Below, in pieces: positions 1-9,660 of a stretch of DNA of 35,456 nucleotides. Position numbers and translations under genes: made by a program. The stretch's first letter is position 1. Each line of letters begins with the position of its first letter. The notes beneath the pieces were generated by a model, which made no database searches, was not told the origin of the DNA, and saw only the letters and a program-made list of their open reading frames with translations. Source of the DNA: a virus; UHGV virus genome UHGV-0270948. The stretch is one strand, 5' to 3'.

Positions 1-454
1 CTTCTTTGTTCTCCCACGCGATTGCAAATCCCGATCCGCCTTGCCCGATCATCGTAAAACGAATCTTTTTCCCGTTCTCCTTTGTGTGTACTGCCCTAAG
101 CAAAACTGTTTTTAATGCCTTTCCATCCCCGGTAAAAATCAGATCTTTTTTCTTTCCTTCCTTATCTTCCGTGTAGACTCCGGTGGATAAGAGAGACATA
201 TTCGCAAGATTCCACGATAAAACTCCCGTCTTTGCCGAGATCGCCTCTTCTGTGATCGCAGACTTTACAATCTGTCCATACTGATTTTTCACATCGTATT
301 TTGTCGGCTTATAATTTACGGTAAACCCAGAAGAGCAATGCCCGACATCATGTTCTTCTGTTTCAATGGTCGCATGTTCCGGGATCTCCGTTCCGGTAAA
401 TTCATACATATACACATCACACGCTCCGATTAAAATTTCGTCATTGTTTTTCAT
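1..454 (-). CDS. Phage major tail protein, N-terminal 151 codons; the ORF runs off the left edge and continues in frame at 35350..35456
   Basis: ATG at 454 has a GGAGGAAACGTA RBS upstream. The frame is open to position 1 and sits just downstream of the tail-completion gene. Product is about 185 aa when joined across the window ends, a typical TP901/phi13-type major tail size and position. Confidence 0.6.
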   Translation of the reverse strand, partial: MKNNDEILIGACDVYMYEFTGTEIPEHATIETEEHDVGHCSSGFTVNYKPTKYDVKNQYGQIVKSAITEEAISAKTGVLSWNLANMSLLSTGVYTEDKEGKKKDLIFTGDGKALKTVLLRAVHTKENGKKIRFTMIGQGGSGFAIAWENKE

Positions 455-815
455 TACGTTTCCTCCAATCAATGATAAAATACAAGGTATCTTCAAATAC
501 TTGACACCCATCATTAAATATTGTTCCTCCACCTGCTACACCGGAATGAAAACGGACGTTCCCGGTTGTAATATAAGGATCATCTTCTTCCATATCGAGC
601 AGATCTTTCAATTTTACTTCTGCATCTTTGCAAGTATCATAATCCCGATGCATAATCTTTAACTCAAGCTGGCTCTGTTTTACATGTCCGCCGGATATCG
701 GGGTAAATGTGTAAACTACGCTTAAGTCGTCTAACACTGTTGTAAATACCGGATATAATTTGCCCGACAGTTCCGGGAACTCCGTTTCAATGTAGTTTTT
801 AATGCTAATCTCCAT
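441..815 (-). CDS. Tail-completion / head-tail joining protein, about 124 aa
   Basis: ATG at 815 is preceded by GGGGG. It lies between the gp10-like gene and the major tail gene, and its size and position fit the tail-completion slot of siphovirus morphogenesis clusters. Confidence 0.45.
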   Translation of the reverse strand: MEISIKNYIETEFPELSGKLYPVFTTVLDDLSVVYTFTPISGGHVKQSQLELKIMHRDYDTCKDAEVKLKDLLDMEEDDPYITTGNVRFHSGVAGGGTIFNDGCQVFEDTLYFIIDWRKRNEKQ

Positions 816-816
816 A

Positions 817-1227
817 TCAACCCCCGAGTATTTTCTCAATCTGTGCCGCATTGTAGATAATGGCGTATGACAAAAACGGTTTTGGTCTCTGTCCTACCGT
901 AAAATGCATCCCTTTGTATTTTCCTGCTTTCACTTCATACACCCACGGCGTCTTTCTTCCGTCTCCGTTTACAGCGTAAATTCCTGTACCGTTGTGCACA
1001 TAGGGGGCATATTCCAAATTACTCCCAATCCTGCCGATAATTTCGTCTGCTGTGATTTCCGTCTCACTTGTGATCGACGCCCTAAGATGACCTTGATCGA
1101 CCGGACAAAGCTGACGCGCCTCGCCTTCCACTATAAGACATGCCTGCGACACTTTCTTCTCCATGTCCAAAGCAATCTTTGCCGTTGCGTCCCGGATACT
1201 TTGAACAAAATCGTCATTATCTGCCAT
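817..1227 (-). CDS. HK97 gp10-family head-tail joining protein
   Basis: Start ATG overlaps the upstream stop in a TGATG arrangement, after a GAAGGTGGTGGAG RBS. Size of about 136 aa and position match the gp10 family. Confidence 0.55.
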   Translation of the reverse strand: MADNDDFVQSIRDATAKIALDMEKKVSQACLIVEGEARQLCPVDQGHLRASITSETEITADEIIGRIGSNLEYAPYVHNGTGIYAVNGDGRKTPWVYEVKAGKYKGMHFTVGQRPKPFLSYAIIYNAAQIEKILGG

Positions 1228-1541
1228 CACTCCACCACCTTCAACAGAAGATTCGTCATGCGTCCCTGCGGATTACAATCTATAATCCGATAGACAACGT
1301 CGTCTTTTACAAGGCGGTATCCCTCTGCTTTGATACTTTTACAGCGCGTCAGTCCTATATGTGTCGATTCCAGATAAGTCGCAGATGTGGCCACCTTCAT
1401 GTCGTTTTTTTTGTAAACGGCAGCTTTTACCTCGCCCGTATCAACCCATTTCTGTTTTTCTGCCCCGGATGGAGTTCTGACAGTTTCTTCTTTCTGCAAT
1501 CGATACGGTTTCATATCTCTGTTAATTGACATATCTATCAC
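1227..1541 (-). CDS. Head-tail adaptor / head closure protein, about 104 aa
   Basis: Overlaps both neighbours by 4 nt (ATGA-type translational coupling). It lies between the connector and the gp10-like gene. Confidence 0.5.
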   Translation of the reverse strand: MIDMSINRDMKPYRLQKEETVRTPSGAEKQKWVDTGEVKAAVYKKNDMKVATSATYLESTHIGLTRCKSIKAEGYRLVKDDVVYRIIDCNPQGRMTNLLLKVVE

Positions 1542-1849
1542 CTCGGTAATCTTCTATATCTTCTGATCGTTCGCTTTACCTGATCCGGCAGAGAATCCAT
1601 ATATGTCGTACTTCCGCCGAAGCTTTGGGATTCGCTTGCAATTCCCTCGACTCCATCTTTATTAAAACGGATCAGCGTCAGTTCTTTTACAGCCGGAATT
1701 ACCCCTTCCGGCAGTGACTCTTCATCCTCATAATTTAAGTAACTCCGCATGTCGATGATGCTGTCGTGGATCATGTCTTCCAAAAGCTCCCAGTCTTGTT
1801 CAGACATTCCCGGACGCTTCAACAATTCCTTTAAAACCTTTTTTTCCAT
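1538..1849 (-). CDS. gp6-like head-tail connector protein, about 103 aa
   Basis: First gene after the major capsid terminator. The acidic N-terminal half and basic C-terminus (RRYRRLPR) are typical of SPP1 gp15 / gp6-like connectors. Confidence 0.5.
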   Translation of the reverse strand: MEKKVLKELLKRPGMSEQDWELLEDMIHDSIIDMRSYLNYEDEESLPEGVIPAVKELTLIRFNKDGVEGIASESQSFGGSTTYMDSLPDQVKRTIRRYRRLPR

Positions 1850-1861
1850 TCTTCATCACCT

Positions 1862-1888
1862 CAAAAAGAGAGGGATTACTCCCCCTCT
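1862..1888 (-). terminator. Rho-independent terminator immediately after the major capsid gene
   Basis: On the minus-strand transcript: stem AGAGGG, loop ggagtaat, stem CCCTCT, then CUUUUUG. The hairpin overlaps the capsid stop codon. Confidence 0.5.
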
Positions 1889-2765
1889 AGGCTGATACCT
1901 CTTTTGTGTTTACCGGACTCTTTGTATCGTTTGTGATCTTGACGTTGATCGGATCTGCATCTGCCGCTGTTCCGACTTCAAAATATAATGCTGCACTTGC
2001 ATCGTCACGGAGTACTTTGTCGCCGTACACACAAAGTCCACGGATTCCGTCTGCGAACTTATTCTGTAAGCGCATCGCTTCTACTTCATTGATCTGTTTC
2101 GCCGCACCAATCGCAGATTTATGGTTTGCAATAATGACATTTGCCGGAAGTTCCTCGGAACACATCACCTGCATGCCGTTGATTGTCTGACCTTCTACCA
2201 CTCCGTTTTCTAATACTTTCGGGTTTGCCGTGAAGCGCTTATCTTTGGACAGTAATCCGAGATAGTCCGCATTTACCGTCACGAAACGGTTGACTTTCGG
2301 AACTTTCTTCTTGGAGAGCATCGTTCCAAGATCTACGATGTAATCATATGCGCTTGCCGCAGTTACTTTCTTCTTCGCAGAGGAGCTTCCGATCAGAAGT
2401 TTTGTCCCTGCCAACAACGCCGCGAAAAAGTCTTTATCGTACGTCTCCGCAAGGACCGCCGCATGTTCTTTCGTTGTCGCCGACAAAAGATCTGCTTTTA
2501 ACTGCACCTTATCCACATCATCCAGTGCAAACGCAAAATATTTCTTCTTGTCAAATACCATTTCTACCGGAGTCGTGTCGATGTCATCCCAGTCCACACT
2601 TCCCGAGTAATCTTTCAGTGTTCCCCCTGCAACCCGGTTAAAAATAACTTTATTTCCTTTGATTTCTGTTGGTTTTGTTGCCAATACGTCCGCAATCGAT
2701 ACGGAATGGAAGTTCGCAAGAAGCGCTCCCTCCCAAAGGGTAGGTTTAAAATTATCTGCTGCCAT
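1887..2765 (-). CDS. Major capsid protein, 292 aa
   Basis: Directly follows the scaffold gene. Size, position and the downstream terminator are typical for a siphovirus major capsid protein. Confidence 0.7.
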   Translation of the reverse strand: MAADNFKPTLWEGALLANFHSVSIADVLATKPTEIKGNKVIFNRVAGGTLKDYSGSVDWDDIDTTPVEMVFDKKKYFAFALDDVDKVQLKADLLSATTKEHAAVLAETYDKDFFAALLAGTKLLIGSSSAKKKVTAASAYDYIVDLGTMLSKKKVPKVNRFVTVNADYLGLLSKDKRFTANPKVLENGVVEGQTINGMQVMCSEELPANVIIANHKSAIGAAKQINEVEAMRLQNKFADGIRGLCVYGDKVLRDDASAALYFEVGTAADADPINVKITNDTKSPVNTKEVSA

Positions 2766-2785
2766 ATTCTTTCATCCTCTCTTTC

Positions 2786-3379
2786 TTATTCTTTCGCCAT
2801 CGCCGCAAACTGTGCCGCCACTTCTTCGGCTGTCATGCTGTCGGCGTTTTGCACAAGTGTATCAAATGCCGTTACCCCTGAACCACCTCCGTCAGGGTTT
2901 GCCGGATTTCTTCCCGACAAAACAGGATTAAACAGATCCTTATAGCTTTCCTTCAAGCCTTTCATCTGCTCGTCCAGTCCTGAAACTGTTCCATCATCCG
3001 AAACGATCAGTTTTTCACGGTCAATTTTCCCTGCCAGCAATTCCGCGTGTTTCGCATTGTTATCTGCAAGTGCCTTATTGATTGCCGCATCGATCTTCAT
3101 GCCTTTAATCTCTTTCTCATGGTCAGCTTTTAACTGCTTGATTGTCCCTTCGTGCGTTTTGATCGTCTTCTGAAGCTCCTCGTTATCGGCATTGTTCTTT
3201 TTCAGATCCCCGATTGTCTTATTTGCAGTCTCAAGCTCCTTTACCTTTCCGTTATACTGCTCTTTCGGAATGATATGCTTTGGTGCTTCCTCATTCACCT
3301 TTTTCATGGTAGCCTCTACATCCAGCTTCCCATCTGCCCCGTAAACCGCATTTGATAAAATTTTCTGTAACCACTCCAT
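2786..3379 (-). CDS. Head scaffolding protein, 197 aa
   Basis: Strongly charged, coiled-coil-like sequence (K/E-rich, 'ELETANKTIGDLKK...') immediately upstream of the capsid gene. Confidence 0.6.
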   Translation of the reverse strand: MEWLQKILSNAVYGADGKLDVEATMKKVNEEAPKHIIPKEQYNGKVKELETANKTIGDLKKNNADNEELQKTIKTHEGTIKQLKADHEKEIKGMKIDAAINKALADNNAKHAELLAGKIDREKLIVSDDGTVSGLDEQMKGLKESYKDLFNPVLSGRNPANPDGGGSGVTAFDTLVQNADSMTAEEVAAQFAAMAKE

Positions 3380-3456
3380 TTTTCTTTACCTCCATAGATT
3401 TTTATACCGGCTCTCCCGGTACTGGGATGTACCGTTGTTCTTTATACCCTGCAACC

Positions 3457-3486
3457 TATAAAAAAGGGTAGAAAAATAGCACCCTT
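3457..3486 (-). terminator. Candidate intrinsic terminator inside the head module
   Basis: Minus transcript: stem AAGGGT, 11-nt loop, stem ACCCTT, then UUUUUUAUA. Found in the 160-nt gap upstream of the scaffold gene. Confidence 0.3.
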
Positions 3487-3539
3487 GCGGATGCTTCGTG
3501 CGCTCTGTAACCCGGAGCAGGGAGATATTCAGGATTACC

Positions 3540-3719
3540 TTATCTTTTCTTTACAGTCGCCTTTTTCTCAGGCTTTGCTTTTACCAACGTCATTTTTGCG
3601 TCGTTACTTGTCGTAGACAATTCTTTAAACCGCTCAGCTGTCAGTTCCAGTTCATCGCCTACCGTTACTTTCCTCTTCAGTTGCTTGTCATAATAACTTT
3701 TAACGCATACTGCTTTCAT
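3540..3719 (-). CDS. Small head-module protein, 59 aa from the internal ATG
   Basis: AAAGGAGG sits 7 nt upstream of the ATG at 3719 ('MKAVCVKSYYDKQ...'). The longer track ORF starts inside the RBS. K-rich C-terminus. Confidence 0.45.
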   Translation of the reverse strand: MKAVCVKSYYDKQLKRKVTVGDELELTAERFKELSTTSNDAKMTLVKAKPEKKATVKKR

Positions 3720-3784
3720 AGCACTTCCTCCTTTCCTGCTTTCTGAATATAAGAAGACCACCAATCGTATTCGACCGGTGGTAT

Positions 3785-3967
3785 CTACTCTACAAATTCT
3801 GTTAATGGTTTCTTGATTCTGATTGCTTTTTTAATATCTCTTACATACTCATCGTACTCATCGGCTCCATATTCAAGTTCCATATGCCCGAATGGATATC
3901 CACCGAACAACTTATAGTACTCTTCATTCAGTTTTTTCAATTCCTCTGTTGTCTTTCCATACCACAT
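3785..3967 (-). CDS. Hypothetical small protein, 60 aa
   Basis: ORF directly downstream of the MuF-like gene in the same orientation, with typical phage codon usage. Confidence 0.45.
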   Translation of the reverse strand: MWYGKTTEELKKLNEEYYKLFGGYPFGHMELEYGADEYDEYVRDIKKAIRIKKPLTEFVE

Positions 3968-5445
3968 TATTTTATCAACCTTTCAATCCTTCCACTCACC
4001 TCATTGTATGAATTCGGAAATAATGATTTAAACATATCCAAAACCTCTGGATTTCCCCCGTACAAAGCACGCCCAAATTGTGCGAAACTTTCTGCTTCTA
4101 CTCTTCCAGTCTTTTTCCAATATTCTTTATCGTGCCAATATCCAAGATTTATTTCCCCGCTAGACATTCCGTTTAAAATATCCGAAATGCCTCGATACTC
4201 TTCCTTCAACACCAATTTCTCGGTATCTTTCCTGAATGCTTTTGGATACCTTGAGTATAACATTTCTTCAATGGATTTTCCATAACCTTTCGCAAGGTTC
4301 TGCAGCTTATTGTAATCAGATATAACAGATTTACTTAACAATCCATTTTCAATTAACCCATAAGCATCATCTATTTCATGGAATAGTTCATGTGCTAATG
4401 TATCAACCTTTGCATTTTTCGCTAAATACACCGTCTTTTCACTAGCCGAATATTTAGACTTTCTTCCTTTTGCCCTTTTTATAGTAGTCCTTTCCAACGA
4501 TTGGGTTAATAATGTTCTTACACGAATATCATTTATATTTTCAACTTTCTGTTCAAACATCTTTCTCTGTTTTGATATCCCAGTAATACGATCTACTATT
4601 TTCTGTCCGATATCCGATTCTAACTCGTCAGGATGATTTTTCTCATATGCCGCAATCAATTTCTCATCCGTAACTGGGATGATCGTACACCGACAATTCG
4701 CATGCAGCGGAACGTGAACACACTTCTCGATCGGATAGACCTTTTCATGATATCCTCCGCAAATATCACAGGTTCTTTCATCTTTCGCTGCTAGAATCTG
4801 CACATACTTAACATCTGCGTCTTTATAACGTTGCAAGGTCGCATCGTTCAAATAATGCATCGTTTCCGTTCGGATAAGCCTGTGACATTCATTAAAGCCC
4901 TGCCCCATACGATTATGAAGCATGATTGCAATTCCAACGACTGTCTTTCCCTGCTGCAATCCAGTAAGCAGAATATCATTCAGACTAACTGCCAATTTCT
5001 TTTGATTCTTCCAAAGTCTTCCCGAAAAATTATCCCCTCGCCACCGCGCTTCCATCAGCTTCTCCATCAGTTTCTTATTCGGCATTGAAAAATCAAGATC
5101 TCCCATGCCTGCCGCGGTATCCGCATACACTTTTGCGAATCCATCCTGCATGTTTTTCTTCGCAAATGCTTCCGTTGAATGTCCAAGATCCTCTATGATC
5201 TTTTCAAACTTTCCGTTCAATTCTGTGAGACGGTTCTGTTTATGCATATCGGAAAGAGAAAGAACCCCATCCTTGCTGTACTTCTCTGCCAGCCGATAGA
5301 GTTCATCTTTTACGCTTTCACTCGCATCGATATAAAACTCCAACAGTTCCCGGTTCTTTTCTTCCAGTGAGTTGTAAGTTTTCCACGTTTCCGCCGCTAG
5401 TCTCTTCTCCCAGTATTCACTATTCTTCTCCATTTCCTTCACCAT
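3967..5445 (-). CDS. Phage Mu F-like / SPP1 gp7-like minor head protein carrying a C-terminal HExxH zincin-like extension
   Basis: The core shows 'RTETMHYLNDAT' and a Cys/His cluster (CDICGG..H..CRC), as in gp7/MuF head-morphogenesis proteins. It is encoded right after the portal. Residues about 270-492 are an extra domain containing AHELFHE. Confidence 0.75.
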   Translation of the reverse strand: MVKEMEKNSEYWEKRLAAETWKTYNSLEEKNRELLEFYIDASESVKDELYRLAEKYSKDGVLSLSDMHKQNRLTELNGKFEKIIEDLGHSTEAFAKKNMQDGFAKVYADTAAGMGDLDFSMPNKKLMEKLMEARWRGDNFSGRLWKNQKKLAVSLNDILLTGLQQGKTVVGIAIMLHNRMGQGFNECHRLIRTETMHYLNDATLQRYKDADVKYVQILAAKDERTCDICGGYHEKVYPIEKCVHVPLHANCRCTIIPVTDEKLIAAYEKNHPDELESDIGQKIVDRITGISKQRKMFEQKVENINDIRVRTLLTQSLERTTIKRAKGRKSKYSASEKTVYLAKNAKVDTLAHELFHEIDDAYGLIENGLLSKSVISDYNKLQNLAKGYGKSIEEMLYSRYPKAFRKDTEKLVLKEEYRGISDILNGMSSGEINLGYWHDKEYWKKTGRVEAESFAQFGRALYGGNPEVLDMFKSLFPNSYNEVSGRIERLIK

Positions 5446-6925
5446 CCTTTACGGGCGGAACGGTGTCCCACGGCGGACCAGAAGCCTGTTTCTGTTCTTT
5501 CAGCGCTTTCAACTCTTCTTCCACATCAGACACAAAAGGATGGTGCGCGATTAGTGTTTCGTCTGATACGATTCCTTGTGAATTGCTGCAATTTTGAATC
5601 TGCTCCGCCTCGTTTATCGCCATATCTCTGTTAAAGACCAACTCTACATCAATCTTTTCGTAATCTCCCTGTCCGGAAATCTGCAAATACAGATCCACAA
5701 AATACAATAGCATTTCAAACCCTCTGCTGAACTCCGTTTCCATAAGGTTGCATTTAAGGTCAAGACTGCTGTACATAAATTTCAAAGCCACGCCGGACGG
5801 CGCTGATCCGAATTTGTCCAAATCTTTATTTACCGATTGCCCACTCTCTACAATATCGCGGTTTAACTGCTCGTAGTGCTCTCGCAATGCAGTAATATCC
5901 ATTTGCGGCGTAAGCGTATCGACGCCTCCATCTTCTGTGTCGTCGATCAAAATTGCTCTGTCTTCATTGAGCTGTTTTATAAAATCTGATAGATTTTGAC
6001 CTCCATATCCCTTTAAGACAAATATCAGGTTTTTGACCTCATCCATATAGTTCGCCGCTTCACTGCGCCCTAAATCATAGCCATCAATTAAGCTCTTCAC
6101 GAATTTGATATCCGGCATTTCGATCTGATTGTTTTTAAACGGAATGAATGGCACTTTCCCCCATGTTTTCCACTCCTCTACACTTTTATAATGCGCTACG
6201 GGTCCGCCTGCATCCATACTTTTATCGTTATCGTAGACGAGCATTTGTCCTTCTAAACGGTAATATTTTACGCCGTCCTTCGTCCAAATTTCTACATTCG
6301 TAATCTCTTTCTCTTGGTTATACTGCCATACCGTCGTATTGTATACACGGATCATGGCATCCAGTTCTGTGTGGCTTCTGTCCGACCAGTACGGGATGCA
6401 CTGCTCCGCCGGGATCACGATTGTTTTCAGTTCTCCTTCCGGATCAAGATATACATGCAACCATCCAATCCCTTTGTTTGATGCTTCATATCCGAGTTGT
6501 GTAAGTTGATACTGAAAGTGTTTCCCAAGCACATCTTTGACCTTTTCGACATAAGTGTCGTTTTTATCTGCTCCGTCTGTTTTGTATGTAACCGGCTTTG
6601 TGAGCAAGTATGCAATTTTCTCATCTACCTGAATTTTATACTTCGCGTGGGCAAGTTTATTGTTCGCCCTCCATGTCTCTTCCTCTTTATGCCCGTCTAC
6701 TTTCCTTGTAATTTTTCGGTTCTTAATATCGTTATCCGCCTGATAGTACCGTTCCCCCTCTTGCATCAACTTATATTTTCCCGAAGCTTTAAATTTTTCT
6801 ATCATACTTACAACTCTGTTGTCCGTAAGTACGTTGCTCTCTGTTGCCGCTGCCATTCCCGCTTTCACGCCCTTTCTGATTTTGTTCCATAATTCTTTTA
6901 TTTTCACCTTGTCACCTCGTTCCAA
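5420..6925 (-). CDS. Portal protein (SPP1 gp6-like), 501 aa
   Basis: About 500-aa protein directly downstream of the large terminase gene, overlapping its stop. The acidic C-terminus and size match siphovirus portals. Confidence 0.85.
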   Translation of the reverse strand: MERGDKVKIKELWNKIRKGVKAGMAAATESNVLTDNRVVSMIEKFKASGKYKLMQEGERYYQADNDIKNRKITRKVDGHKEEETWRANNKLAHAKYKIQVDEKIAYLLTKPVTYKTDGADKNDTYVEKVKDVLGKHFQYQLTQLGYEASNKGIGWLHVYLDPEGELKTIVIPAEQCIPYWSDRSHTELDAMIRVYNTTVWQYNQEKEITNVEIWTKDGVKYYRLEGQMLVYDNDKSMDAGGPVAHYKSVEEWKTWGKVPFIPFKNNQIEMPDIKFVKSLIDGYDLGRSEAANYMDEVKNLIFVLKGYGGQNLSDFIKQLNEDRAILIDDTEDGGVDTLTPQMDITALREHYEQLNRDIVESGQSVNKDLDKFGSAPSGVALKFMYSSLDLKCNLMETEFSRGFEMLLYFVDLYLQISGQGDYEKIDVELVFNRDMAINEAEQIQNCSNSQGIVSDETLIAHHPFVSDVEEELKALKEQKQASGPPWDTVPPVKDGEGNGEE

Positions 6926-8210
6926 GTGTTCTTAATCCGCCGCCTTTTAAGTCCGAAACCTCGTAATCGTCCAAAGCGTACCATATTGCCGATAATGTAT
7001 GCGGATCGATATTAAATTCATCTTCAATGATCTCGTCATCTTTATCTACCGCAAAGGTCAAGTCCTGAAGCTCATCGATCGTATTCGGACAGGCATCGGA
7101 GCATACAATCTTTTTAAATCGCTTTACTTTCTTCGTATACATCGCCCTGCTGCCTTTGAATTTTTTGCATGGCTTCATGCGAAATCCCGATTGCTTATAA
7201 AATTTTATCGCTTTAGGCTCAGCACAGTCTGCTTTAATCACAATATCCTTCCAGTCTTTCATATCTTCCGCTATCTCCGGATCTGTTTTATTCCGGCTGT
7301 AGTACTCCCGGTAAATATACAGGATCTTCTCCGTGTGATCCACCACCAGGCGGAGTGCTGCATTGTAAGAAGTCACAAATCCGAAGTCCATACCGTTCTT
7401 TTCCAGTGGATCCTTAATGGATCGTATTTCTTCTGACACCTGTTCAGCCGACTCTACAACAAATTGCGGGAATACCAACGTGCCATTTACTCCGAACCGC
7501 CCTTGCCTTGCCACACGGTATAGATCCGGGTCATGTGTCTGCAAGTCATCCAACTGCTCCACATACTCTTTAGGCACAAAAAAATTGTCGTCAACAGTAC
7601 TATGATGGTAGTACGTGTTCCCGACAACTACGGTTCGCTCTTTATATAGTTTCTCATCATCTAAAACAAATACTTTCTTCTTTTTGTCCTGAAAGAAATA
7701 TTTATAACACCAGTTTCCTTTACTGACCGGGTTTGTTGATAGAATGATATGATTGCTTAGAGTCGGATGCCTCAAACGTCCGAGTATCTCCTTGAATCCT
7801 GCGTATTTCACTTCTGAACACTCCTCAATCCATACGATGGATACACCGTTCAGGGATTTTAATTTTGCCGGTTTATCCATCCCTTTAAAAATAATCCTGC
7901 TGCCATTGCTAAACTTGACCTGCATCGGTGATGATGTAAACGTCAAATAGCCATCAACACCCATAGCTTCAGCAACTTCTTGCAAAAGGTCATAACAAGA
8001 GTCTCTGATCGTATCAAAGACCTCTCGGACAACCAAAGCTTTTCGTTTCTCTTCAAGCAATTTTTTAATCAGTTTTACGGCCACATGATAACTCTTAGAA
8101 CTTCCATAGCCGCCGACCAGAAAATAAAATTTACAGCTCCAGTCATCCACAAAATCATAGAAATGATCATTTAATGCAAAATCAATATTATCCGCCATCT
8201 TGCTTCTCAC
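6912..8210 (-). CDS. Terminase large subunit (PBSX / Terminase_3-like), 432 aa
   Basis: N-terminal P-loop '[10 protein letters not shown]', acidic Walker-B-like 'VWIEEC', and a C-terminal nuclease region with D-rich motifs. Position between TerS and portal. The start is GTG in the track; an ATG lies 4 codons in. Confidence 0.85.
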   Translation of the reverse strand: MRSKMADNIDFALNDHFYDFVDDWSCKFYFLVGGYGSSKSYHVAVKLIKKLLEEKRKALVVREVFDTIRDSCYDLLQEVAEAMGVDGYLTFTSSPMQVKFSNGSRIIFKGMDKPAKLKSLNGVSIVWIEECSEVKYAGFKEILGRLRHPTLSNHIILSTNPVSKGNWCYKYFFQDKKKKVFVLDDEKLYKERTVVVGNTYYHHSTVDDNFFVPKEYVEQLDDLQTHDPDLYRVARQGRFGVNGTLVFPQFVVESAEQVSEEIRSIKDPLEKNGMDFGFVTSYNAALRLVVDHTEKILYIYREYYSRNKTDPEIAEDMKDWKDIVIKADCAEPKAIKFYKQSGFRMKPCKKFKGSRAMYTKKVKRFKKIVCSDACPNTIDELQDLTFAVDKDDEIIEDEFNIDPHTLSAIWYALDDYEVSDLKGGGLRTLGTR

Positions 8211-8673
8211 TCGCCTTCACAAAAGTGATCTGAATCGGCTTTTCCTGCTCCTTATCGGAATTAAATAATCCAAGATGTTTTCCAAGATCCACTAACGCAG
8301 ACCTTTTGTCATACATTTTGATTTCTCTTTCTGTTCCGAACTCATTCGGTTTTATTTTAATCGACTGAATACAAGCCAAATCATCTTCGGAGGCATCTTC
8401 CCTCACGGTTGCTGTTTTCGGATCCACTGCGTCCGTGATCTTTGCAAATGCAATTTTGGCCAACTCCTGAAGTACACGATCTTGATTAACCCCTGTCCTT
8501 CGCGAACGTTCCGCCATTGCTTTCGCGATTGCTTCTGAAATGTTAGGTTTTGTTAAGTTTTCACATCCGATCTCTTTTGCCGTGGCCGGAGAATACCCCG
8601 CCCGAATGGCTGCCTGAGTGGCATTCAGGTCAATCAAATATTCTTCTACAAATCTTTTCTGCTTTTTTGTCAT
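8188..8673 (-). CDS. Terminase small subunit, 161 aa
   Basis: N-terminal HTH-like motif '[21 protein letters not shown]...' typical of small terminases. Overlaps the TerL start. RBS GGAAGGTGGTG. Confidence 0.7.
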   Translation of the reverse strand: MTKKQKRFVEEYLIDLNATQAAIRAGYSPATAKEIGCENLTKPNISEAIAKAMAERSRRTGVNQDRVLQELAKIAFAKITDAVDPKTATVREDASEDDLACIQSIKIKPNEFGTEREIKMYDKRSALVDLGKHLGLFNSDKEQEKPIQITFVKASEKQDGG

Positions 8674-8715
8674 CCGGGCTCACCACCTTCCTCTACTTAA
8701 AATTTTGCTTTTGCA

Positions 8716-8741
8716 TTAGAAAAGACACCCTTTCGGATGCC
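8716..8741 (-). terminator. Intrinsic terminator upstream of terS, at the early/late boundary
   Basis: Minus transcript GGCAUCC-GAAA-GGGUGUC (7 bp with two G.U pairs and a GNRA tetraloop), then UUUUCU. Confidence 0.4.
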
Positions 8742-8888
8742 TTATACCTGTCTGTTCTTCTTCTCTACCGCTTCAGATCGGACATTGTGCGTCTGGTTCT
8801 GATTCTCCGGTTTTACCTTTTCTGTTATGCTGTTGAACTTATTCAAGTTCTTCTGCCTGTTCTGCTGCTCCTGCTGCTTTTTGTTCAT
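8742..8888 (-). CDS. Small Q/K-rich protein, 48 aa (MNKKQQEQQNRQKNLNKF...)
   Basis: ATG at 8888 with GAGGTGATGGT just upstream. Not in the ORF track because it is under 60 aa. Followed by a terminator. Confidence 0.3.
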   Translation of the reverse strand: MNKKQQEQQNRQKNLNKFNSITEKVKPENQNQTHNVRSEAVEKKNRQV

Positions 8889-8984
8889 ACCATCACCTCG
8901 GAAATAGTATGTGCACAGGAAATGGAATTATGTATGAGAAAAGCACCCCGGAGGGTGCTATTCACAATTTATATAACTAGAGAA

Positions 8985-9395
8985 TTAGTTAGCACTTTTT
9001 GTTATTCCAAGAACGCTCATAATCGCATCCTGAAGTAATTTTGAATAGTTGATTCCAGCTTTTTCTGCTTCTACATTCATCCAGTATGGAATCGTGCAAT
9101 TTTTCTTTACCGCTTTGTTATCCACCTTTCTTCTGTATTCCACAAAATCAACATCGACTAATGTTACAATATCTTCTTTTGCCGCATTAATTCCTGCAAT
9201 ATTGGGTTCTGGAAGTACTTTTCCTTCATCCATCAAGTCTATTCCCACGAGACCGATTGCATCCCTTGCCATTTCCATTGCGTCTGCAATATCCGTTCCC
9301 TGTGTCGCAATATCAAAATCCGGGATCTCCACATAGAAAAATCCATCATCTTCTTTCGATATTACAACAGGATATGCCCTTCTTCCTTCTTTCAT
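8985..9395 (-). CDS. hicB: HicB-family antitoxin (copy 1), 136 aa from the internal ATG
   Basis: GAAGGAGG sits 7 nt before the ATG at 9395. The N-terminus 'YPVVISKEDDGFFYVEIPDF' is HicB-like, and the C-terminal RHH-like tail is homologous to copy 2. It lies 62 nt downstream of hicA. Confidence 0.65.
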   Translation of the reverse strand: MKEGRRAYPVVISKEDDGFFYVEIPDFDIATQGTDIADAMEMARDAIGLVGIDLMDEGKVLPEPNIAGINAAKEDIVTLVDVDFVEYRRKVDNKAVKKNCTIPYWMNVEAEKAGINYSKLLQDAIMSVLGITKSAN

Positions 9396-9457
9396 TGTGA
9401 TTCCTCCTTCACACATAAAAACGTGTTCTCACTTAATAAAACTTCAAGAAAGTGGGA

Positions 9458-9631
9458 CTATTTCAGTCCCAACTTCTTAATAATGTTTCTTGCAAGTCTC
9501 TCGTTGATATCTGGATGTCTCGGAATGGGTTCGCTCCTGTGACCATCCGTATATATGTCATGGTTTCCACCATTTCTCTTTATATACCACCCGTTATCTT
9601 CAAGCAACTTAACTAATTCTCTACGTTTCAT
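9458..9631 (-). CDS. hicA: HicA-family mRNA-interferase toxin (copy 1), 57 aa
   Basis: Hand-translated: MKRRELVKLLEDNGWYIKRNGGNHDIYTDGHRSEPIPRHPDINERLARNIIKKLGLK. YcfA/HicA-like fold signature. RBS AAAGGAG. Under 60 aa, so absent from the track. Confidence 0.7.
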   Translation of the reverse strand: MKRRELVKLLEDNGWYIKRNGGNHDIYTDGHRSEPIPRHPDINERLARNIIKKLGLK

Positions 9632-9660
9632 TAAGTAAGCTCCTTTCTCTTTATACGTAT

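Noticed and set aside
4378-4392. The HExxH motif in the MuF C-terminal domain as a chance occurrence.
   Set aside because: Not fully rejected. An HExxH arises by chance in roughly 1-2% of proteins this size. However, it sits in a discrete extra domain on a scaffold known to carry effector fusions, so it is kept as a finding with moderate interest.
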